Of a stretch of DNA of 64,000 nt, positions 57,620 to 64,000 are shown one piece after another. Both the position numbers and the translations under genes were made by a program. A model generated the notes under the pieces. The model was not told the origin of the DNA. It saw only the letters and a program-made list of their open reading frames with translations, and did not search any database. The DNA comes from a virus. The DNA lies in the IMG/VR virus record IMGVR_UViG_3300010370_000027, one strand, 5' to 3'. Each line of letters begins with the position of its first letter. The first letter of the stretch is position 1.

Positions 57620-58548
57620 AAATACATCTAGACAATGTTAACTTAAGCTCTAGATCAGGTCCTAATTCATTTGCAAAAAGATTTTCTGAAAAAGTGATTG
57701 AGCTGGGTCATGAAATCACTTTTTCTGGTAAAGATGCTGATATTTCTCTGGTTTTTATAGAAAAATCAGGAAGACCGCTTGCACCGAAAGTAGTACAGCG
57801 GATAGATGGTATTTGGTTTGCTCCTAATCAATTTTATACCAACAACACGGGTATAAAATCAACATACCAGTCCGCTGATTACGTGGTATGGCAATCAGAA
57901 TTTGATAAAAGTATGATTACTAAGTGGTGGGGGATTCCTAAGCTAGGATCAGTGATAAGGAATGGATGTCCACAGCCAAAAAGCTTTAGTCAAGAGACTG
58001 AAAATGCCATAAAAAATCTAAGAGAAAGACATGAAAAAATTTTTGTGTCTTCTGCTAACTGGCATCCTCAAAAAAGGTTAAAAAGCAATATAGAGCTTTT
58101 TAACTACATCAAGAATAACTTTCACAAGAATTCTTGTCTCGTGATAATGGGATCTTTAGATGGAAGACTTAATGAAAAAGACGTGTATGTTACAGGAAAC
58201 ATACCGCATGATGTCTGTATGCAAATATTCAAAGAATCAGACTGGATGATTCATCTTGGTTGGTTGGATCATTGCCCCAATACAGTTGTCGAAGCACTAT
58301 CTGTAAGAACACCAGTCATATGCTCCGAAGACGGAGGCACAAAAGAACTTCTTGGAAGTTTTGGAATAGTCTTAAAAGAAAATATTCCTTACGAATATCA
58401 GCTTACGGATTACGATAATCCACCAGATTTAGACGTTACTCAGCTAAAATATCTTCCTGAAAAGAAAGACCTTACTTACGACATAGACGTCTCTATTGAA
58501 TCTTGTGTCAACAAGTATCTAGACATATTTGAAAGACTATTGAAATGA
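57616..58548 (+). CDS. Glycosyltransferase family 4-like (GT-B)
   Basis: WQSEF, IRNG, HPQKR, DHCPNTVVEALSVRTPVI. Confidence 0.85.
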   Translation: MKIHLDNVNLSSRSGPNSFAKRFSEKVIELGHEITFSGKDADISLVFIEKSGRPLAPKVVQRIDGIWFAPNQFYTNNTGIKSTYQSADYVVWQSEFDKSMITKWWGIPKLGSVIRNGCPQPKSFSQETENAIKNLRERHEKIFVSSANWHPQKRLKSNIELFNYIKNNFHKNSCLVIMGSLDGRLNEKDVYVTGNIPHDVCMQIFKESDWMIHLGWLDHCPNTVVEALSVRTPVICSEDGGTKELLGSFGIVLKENIPYEYQLTDYDNPPDLDVTQLKYLPEKKDLTYDIDVSIESCVNKYLDIFERLLK

Positions 58549-59474
58549 TCTACTACGTTTTTAAAGACTCTCAAAAAGATTACACGTGTAAATCAAGCGG
58601 ATCAGATTTGATATCTACGTTTGAAAAAAACGGATGCATAGCACTTACTGAATCAAATTTTCTTAATAGCAATTTCAATCCATCAGATGAAGACGTAGTA
58701 GTCGTCTATATCTCAGTAGAATCTCAAAAGAGTCTAGAGAAACTTAAGTCTTTAAACTGTGTAAAAGTTTTACATTCAATAGACGAAAGCAAAAGTGATG
58801 CAATTCTGTACAGAACTCAGCTAAAATTTCTAGAAGAAGTAGGATCTAACACTATCATAAATGCTTATCCCTCTAAGAGAAATTTAGATTTCTTATCGTC
58901 TAAAGGGCTGGAAGTTATTACTCTACCGCTTTGTGGATCTAAAAGAATGGTAGACATATCAAACAAAGATATCGATGTGCTTGTTTCGGGCCAAATGGAT
59001 GCGTCTTATTATCCAACAAGAACTAAGATTCTAAGTGCATTGAGCAAGTCGGATGTAAAATTTGCCTATCTACCTCACTCAGGTATGGAAGCTTCAAAAG
59101 CAACACACCAGTATCATGGAGAAAAATTTCTAGAACTGCTAGATAGATGCTGGCTGGGCGTAACTTGCAAAGCAGGAAATTTTAGAGACAGATTAGTTGC
59201 CAAATATGTTGAGTTTGGATTTTCGAAAGTTTTGCCCGTGGGAGATGTACCCACTTACATGGACAAGAGAATGTCAGAGAGTATGCTATCAATAGAAGAA
59301 AGCGACTCAGAAGAAAAAATAATAAGCAAAATAAAAGAATGTCTAAGCAACAAAGAAAGCCTCATCAGAAGAATAGAGACATATTCATCAGCAACTGAAG
59401 AGATCCATGACATGGAAGAAAATGTTAGAAGAGTTGTACATCTTCTGCAGAAGTTAAAGACGAATACAAAGTAG
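58545..59474 (+). CDS. Putative GT-B glycosyltransferase
   Basis: KDIDVLVSG..YYPTR...LLDRCWLGVT...KYVE pattern of the GT-B C-terminal domain. Confidence 0.65.
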   Translation: MIYYVFKDSQKDYTCKSSGSDLISTFEKNGCIALTESNFLNSNFNPSDEDVVVVYISVESQKSLEKLKSLNCVKVLHSIDESKSDAILYRTQLKFLEEVGSNTIINAYPSKRNLDFLSSKGLEVITLPLCGSKRMVDISNKDIDVLVSGQMDASYYPTRTKILSALSKSDVKFAYLPHSGMEASKATHQYHGEKFLELLDRCWLGVTCKAGNFRDRLVAKYVEFGFSKVLPVGDVPTYMDKRMSESMLSIEESDSEEKIISKIKECLSNKESLIRRIETYSSATEEIHDMEENVRRVVHLLQKLKTNTK

Positions 59475-59498
59475 AAGATTGTTAATATAGTTACTTTT

Positions 59499-60398
59499 AT
59501 GCCCAAAGTCTATGTTCTTCCACCAGGAGAGGGATGGATAGTTGATAGAATGGTCAAGGAGTGGACCGAAGACAATGCTGATATGTGTGTAGACAACCCA
59601 CATAATGCAGATGTTATTTGGCTTTTAGCAGATTGGTGCTGGAGGAACGTTCCACCTTCCATTTTATCCACTAAGAAAGTAATAACGACAGTTCATCATA
59701 TAGTTCCCGAAAAGTTTGGGGAAAAAGAAAAAGATGATTTCGCTTTAAGAGATAGCATTACTACTGTTTATCACGTCTATAATCAGTCTACTTTAGACTT
59801 CATAAGACCGCTTACTAGCAAACCAATACACCTGATACCCTACTGGGCTAATCAGAAAATTTGGAAAAAAACAGAAGATAGATTAAGCCTAAGAGTAAAA
59901 TATAATTTACCTGCTGGCGCTTACCTGGTTGGATCTTTTCAAAGAGATACAGAAGGTCATGATTTAAAAAGCCCAAAGCTAGAAAAGGGACCTGATATTC
60001 TAGCTGACTACTTGGAGAAACTATTCCTTAAAAGGAAAGATTTGTTTGTAGTTTTAGCGGGCTGGAGAAGACAATACGTCATATCCCGCCTGGAGAAGGC
60101 AGGAATTCCTTATGCTTATTTTGAAAGACCACCCCACGACACAATAAATGACTTATATCAGTGTCTTGATCTATATCCAGTTACTGCAAGAACAGAGGGC
60201 GGACCTCAATCGTTAATAGAATGTGGCCTTCTTGATATTCCTGTAATATCAAGAAATGTCGGAATTGCAAGCCAAGTTTTACCTTTGGACTCAATAAACG
60301 ACAACATATCTGAGGCAATACCAAACATACCGGATGTATCTTCCTGGAAATTGCCAGAAGGTTATGTTCAATATAGAAGATTAATTTCTAATTTGTGA
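59499..60398 (+). CDS. Glycosyltransferase family 4-like (GT-B)
   Basis: TVHH, EKGPD, EGGPQSLIECGLLDIPVISRNVG. Confidence 0.85.
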   Translation: MPKVYVLPPGEGWIVDRMVKEWTEDNADMCVDNPHNADVIWLLADWCWRNVPPSILSTKKVITTVHHIVPEKFGEKEKDDFALRDSITTVYHVYNQSTLDFIRPLTSKPIHLIPYWANQKIWKKTEDRLSLRVKYNLPAGAYLVGSFQRDTEGHDLKSPKLEKGPDILADYLEKLFLKRKDLFVVLAGWRRQYVISRLEKAGIPYAYFERPPHDTINDLYQCLDLYPVTARTEGGPQSLIECGLLDIPVISRNVGIASQVLPLDSINDNISEAIPNIPDVSSWKLPEGYVQYRRLISNL

Positions 60399-60404
60399 GA
60401 AAAA

Positions 60405-61514
60405 ATGAACGTATTAATTTTTCCAACAAGCGATCGTCTCGGCCTTGCGTCAGCTATTGCTCACTACAACAAGCTTGGACATAAAGTACACGTACCAAAG
60501 CATGGAACGCTAGGTCTGGACTGGTCTACAGGAGCACAGTGGCCAGCTCTTTTGTGTCTTGATCCTGACTCGGGAAAGAGAAATTTGGAGCTTCATGGTC
60601 TTCGTAAAGAAGGTGCTTTTTTTGGAGAAGATGCTTTCATAGAAGTGCAAAATATACCCACATCTAAAGATGTTCCATTAGTAAGAATTTGCTCTGAAGA
60701 AGAAATAGCAGACACAGAAATTAACATCTATCACACGTTACGTGGAGGCGAAAATCATCTACTTCACTACAAGAGCCTAATGGAGAAAAAGAAGGCTGTC
60801 TGGGTATCCTCAACGGTTAATGCCTGGGAAGACAAACCAGGAGGTCTATCGCCTAGAAACGTTGCAAAAATATTGCCTGCTCGCTATGAAAGTACAAAAT
60901 ATGAAAATTCTTTCAATATGTGGTGTCTAGACATAGAATATGACTTGTTTTCTCTCAGCAAAGAAGAACAAAATCGTCAAAAATGCTTTGCATCTTTTAA
61001 TCATAATTTTCATGTTAGACAGCCCGATGACTACGATCTTTTTTGCAAGATGAACGAGATTTTATCAAAGAAAGGCATTCAAAAAGTTACCAATTACGGA
61101 GGCAACATAAGAGCGATGGGCGCTGATATTCGCTATAGCAACGGAGGCCCCGTAGGTAACTATGAAACGCTTTCTCCCATAGAGACAATTAAGAAATACA
61201 AGACTTTAACTGGAGTGGTACATTTTAAACAGACAGACTGGGGCGGTGGAGTATTCTTTCACTCACTTTTTAGTCATACTCCCGTAGTCACAACCAGGAG
61301 ATACGTTGAGAAATCTAATTCTGGGAAGTATCTTGTTGACGGCGTAAATAGCATTCATATTAGCTCTCCAGAAGAAGCTGCAAATTCAATAGAAAGACTT
61401 CTAGATGAGAAAGAATTTTCAAAGCTTTCGGCAGGAATGAAAGACATGAAGAATAGTCTCATAAATGAAGCTTACTGGGAAGGATGGAGATCTTTCTTGG
61501 AGAAGGTGTCGTGA
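60405..61514 (+). CDS. Putative divergent GT-B glycosyltransferase
   Basis: LGHKV N-terminus; SLFSHTPVV...YLVDGVNSIHI...IERLL C-terminus like GT4; operon context. Confidence 0.55.
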   Translation: MNVLIFPTSDRLGLASAIAHYNKLGHKVHVPKHGTLGLDWSTGAQWPALLCLDPDSGKRNLELHGLRKEGAFFGEDAFIEVQNIPTSKDVPLVRICSEEEIADTEINIYHTLRGGENHLLHYKSLMEKKKAVWVSSTVNAWEDKPGGLSPRNVAKILPARYESTKYENSFNMWCLDIEYDLFSLSKEEQNRQKCFASFNHNFHVRQPDDYDLFCKMNEILSKKGIQKVTNYGGNIRAMGADIRYSNGGPVGNYETLSPIETIKKYKTLTGVVHFKQTDWGGGVFFHSLFSHTPVVTTRRYVEKSNSGKYLVDGVNSIHISSPEEAANSIERLLDEKEFSKLSAGMKDMKNSLINEAYWEGWRSFLEKVS

Positions 61515-62341
61515 AAGAAGTACCAAAGAACACTCTTTTCGTATTGGTAACTTGCTCTCGAGATAAAATTCGAGATGAAATAGCTGAAAAAGTTGTCAAT
61601 TCCATACAAGATCTACCAAAAGACAGAGTAATCGCTTTTGATAATTCTTCAGTTTACCAAAACACTAAAGAGAAATTAAAAAGCCTGACTAAAAATTCCT
61701 TCTTCTCTTCTACGAATTATGGATTTTGGACTGCAGTAGACTGGTGCTTGCAAAATTATGAGTCTATACTGAAAAGTAAGCTAGATTACGTCTATGTCAT
61801 AGAGTCGGACGCAATACACTTCCCAGGATACGTAGAGTCAATCGTTGAATGCGAAAAATATTTAGAAAATAATGCCGACGTAGGATCCATTAGACTGCAA
61901 GAGTTTTCAGTAAAAGAAAAGCATCTATACGACAAAAACTTTCCCACGCAAGACTCAAGAAAATGGGCGTGGATGAGACAGTCAAACCATTTCACTAATC
62001 AGAAAGCTTACTTTGAGAGACCTGAAGGAAGCATCTACAGAACAAATTTGTCACCTCAAGTTTGTTCATTGAACAGAATAAGTTTTATGGAAAATGCTTT
62101 CTGTGAACTCAGAAAAATGGGAAAATTTACAGAAATTGACTTTCAAGAACAATACTTTAAGTTTTATAAAGAGTCAGCCGTATATGACGGAGGCATCTTT
62201 AACACAAAAGAATCTTTCGAGTCAGATACACTTACAGGCAGCTGGAGTGACAAGAACAAGCTTCAGCAACACGGATATAAAATGACTAGAGAAGACTCTA
62301 TTCAGGCTGTTAACGAAGAAAATTTCGTGAACGTCGGATAG
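61511..62341 (+). CDS. Putative GT-A (GT2-like) glycosyltransferase
   Basis: FDNSS, NYGF, YVIESD (DxD-like); GTG start overlapping the previous TGA (track start 61484). Confidence 0.6.
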   Translation: MKEVPKNTLFVLVTCSRDKIRDEIAEKVVNSIQDLPKDRVIAFDNSSVYQNTKEKLKSLTKNSFFSSTNYGFWTAVDWCLQNYESILKSKLDYVYVIESDAIHFPGYVESIVECEKYLENNADVGSIRLQEFSVKEKHLYDKNFPTQDSRKWAWMRQSNHFTNQKAYFERPEGSIYRTNLSPQVCSLNRISFMENAFCELRKMGKFTEIDFQEQYFKFYKESAVYDGGIFNTKESFESDTLTGSWSDKNKLQQHGYKMTREDSIQAVNEENFVNVG

Positions 62342-62363
62342 AAATAGTTTATACTTAGACAAA

Positions 62364-63395
62364 ATGTCTGAGTCAAAAAACATTCTTATTTTTGGTGGTA
62401 CTGGTTCTTTAGGGAAGACGCTTATAAAGAGATTTATGGCGGATAACAAAGTCTATGCTTACTCAAGAGATGAGGCCAAGCATTGGACTATAAGAAATGA
62501 ACTTTCTACTGTTGAAGGTTTTAAAAATGTCAACTTTATTGTTGGCGACATTAGAGATAAACAAAGAGTAACTCAAGCTCTTCATCAAACCGATGCCGAT
62601 ATCGTAATTGTTGCTGCAGCATTAAAGCAAGTTGATACTTGTGAACTCTCTCCCAGAGAAAGCGTCCTTACAAATTTGCAAGGAACACAAAATGTTGTCG
62701 AGTCCGTTTATGAGCTTGAGAAACTTACAGGAAAGACTAGGACGCTTCTCTTTGTGAGTACTGACAAGGCATGCTCTCCAATAAATGTTTATGGAATGTG
62801 CAAGGCAGTCTCAGAAAGACTTGTAACGAGCATGTCTTTCGATACTCAAACAAAATCGAGATACATCGGAGTCCGATACGGAAATGTGCTTGAGTCAAGA
62901 GGAAGCATCATTCCACTATTCAAATACCAGTCAGAAAATCTACCGCATCTCACCGTAACTGACCCAGAGATGACTAGGTTTGTTATGACACTTGATGAGA
63001 GTGTTAACCTTATAGTCAGCGCAATCAACGGTGCAGAATCAGGTCAGATATTTGTTCCTCGACTTCCGTCAATGAGAATTGGAGATCTAGCTGAAATATT
63101 TTCAAAGAGATCTGGCAAACCTATAAAGGTGGTAGGACTAAGGCCTGGAGAGAAGATGCACGAAGCATTGATCAATGCTTCAGAATCCGTCAGATGTACC
63201 ATCAAGGATGAGGTTATAGCAATCTCTTCTTCTCTGACGCCGGGAGATGAAAAGGCTTTTGAATATACGTCTGCTGACGATGTAATGACTGCTGAGCAAC
63301 TTGAAGACAAGCTAATGAAGCTCGGAATACTCGATATGGGTCTTGAAAAGTTTGAAGGTAGAACTATTGAAGAGATTGACGGAGCTAAGCAATGA
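62364..63395 (+). CDS. pseB: UDP-N-acetylglucosamine 4,6-dehydratase (PseB/FlaA1-like SDR)
   Basis: GGTGSLG, YSRDE, GDIRD, AAALKQV..CE, STDKA, YGMCK, RYGNV..SRGS, MTRF, RPGEKMHE. Confidence 0.85.
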   Translation: MSESKNILIFGGTGSLGKTLIKRFMADNKVYAYSRDEAKHWTIRNELSTVEGFKNVNFIVGDIRDKQRVTQALHQTDADIVIVAAALKQVDTCELSPRESVLTNLQGTQNVVESVYELEKLTGKTRTLLFVSTDKACSPINVYGMCKAVSERLVTSMSFDTQTKSRYIGVRYGNVLESRGSIIPLFKYQSENLPHLTVTDPEMTRFVMTLDESVNLIVSAINGAESGQIFVPRLPSMRIGDLAEIFSKRSGKPIKVVGLRPGEKMHEALINASESVRCTIKDEVIAISSSLTPGDEKAFEYTSADDVMTAEQLEDKLMKLGILDMGLEKFEGRTIEEIDGAKQ

Positions 63396-64000
63396 AATCA
63401 TATCCACTCTTTAAAGTTCATGTCGATGTAGAGAATGCAATCTCTTCAATAAGAGAAGTTCTTGAGTCTGGTTATATCAACGAAGGAATACAAGTCAAAA
63501 ACTTCGAAGAAGCTCTAGGCAAAATTTTCGGAACAAACGTAGCATTGTTAAATAGCTGCACAAGTGCGATTACACTTTCTCTTAAGCTGTGCGGTGTTTC
63601 ACACGGCGATGATGTAGTAACGACCCCCATGACTTGTGTTGCAACAAATACACCTGTTGTAACATCAGGTGCAAATATAGTTTGGACAGACATAGATCCC
63701 GAAACAGGCATGCCAGGCCCAGACCAGATCCTTAGCGCGATAACAGAAAAAACTAAGGCTGTCATTTACGTTGCGTGGGCAGGAAATCTAGGAAGAATCG
63801 AAGAAGTATATGAAGTCTGCAAGAGCAAAGGAATACCTTTGATCTTAGATGCAGCTCATTCTTTTAACGCAAAATATAAAGGCGTAGATCCTTCGCTGAA
63901 TGTCGCAGACTATGTTTGCTATAGCTTGCAAGCTATAAAGCACGTCACGACCGGCGACGGTGGAATACTAACTTCAAGGCACGCTGATTCTTTTGCAAGA
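63392..64000 (+). CDS. DegT/DnrJ/EryC1/StrS PLP-dependent sugar aminotransferase (runs off the right edge)
   Basis: Not in track. ATG at 63392 gives MKSYPLFKV...NSCTSAI...GDDVVTTPMTCVAT...KTKAVI...LDAAHS...SLQAIKHVTTGDGG (PLP lysine motif). Confidence 0.9.
   Translation, partial: MKSYPLFKVHVDVENAISSIREVLESGYINEGIQVKNFEEALGKIFGTNVALLNSCTSAITLSLKLCGVSHGDDVVTTPMTCVATNTPVVTSGANIVWTDIDPETGMPGPDQILSAITEKTKAVIYVAWAGNLGRIEEVYEVCKSKGIPLILDAAHSFNAKYKGVDPSLNVADYVCYSLQAIKHVTTGDGGILTSRHADSFAR

Noticed and set aside
1-64000. Stop-codon reassignment, as in some large phages
   Set aside because: Core genes are full length in the standard code and TAA, TGA and TAG all end genes.
53002-64000. Glycan cluster as flanking host chromosome (prophage boundary)
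   Set aside because: No integrase or att site; gene packing and the ATA-n-TTA motif match the phage part, and no membrane flippase or polymerase genes are visible. Not fully excluded without read data.

Overview
This 64-kb window is a gene-dense segment of a large, uncultured-type tailed dsDNA phage with a T4-like head module; nothing indicates a cellular chromosome. It uses the standard genetic code. From 1 to about 52.9 kb, mostly on the minus strand, it carries: fibre/virion proteins with internal repeats; a one-piece tmRNA (tag ANDNGYAALALAA) followed by a Vsr/DUF559-type homing endonuclease; a small plus-strand block (pyrimidine-dimer glycosylase-like, J-domain protein, protein kinase); the head module (major capsid protein, scaffold, prohead protease, portal, large terminase); replication/recombination genes (fused SbcD-SbcC, primase, RuvC-like, gp4-like nuclease, DinG/XPD helicase); large baseplate-type structural genes; and host-takeover or proteostasis genes (PIN-PhoH, stand-alone sigma region 4, Hc1 histone-like, ClpP, and a GroEL-derived protein lacking the ATP-binding motif). 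From 53 kb to the end, on the plus strand, is a translationally coupled glycan-biosynthesis operon (about 8 glycosyltransferase genes, a methyltransferase, a PseB-like dehydratase and a DegT aminotransferase). The most interesting observations are: (i) a shared N-terminal L-[RK]-x-[ILY]-[IV]-x-E leader on unrelated proteins including the kinase, a candidate capsid-packaging signal; (ii) a recurring ATA-n-TTA promoter-like motif, often 5-6 nt before ATG, that also occurs inside the glycosylation operon; (iii) a tmRNA/ClpP/J-domain/pseudo-GroEL proteostasis set. All family assignments come from motif recognition by eye, not from database searches.
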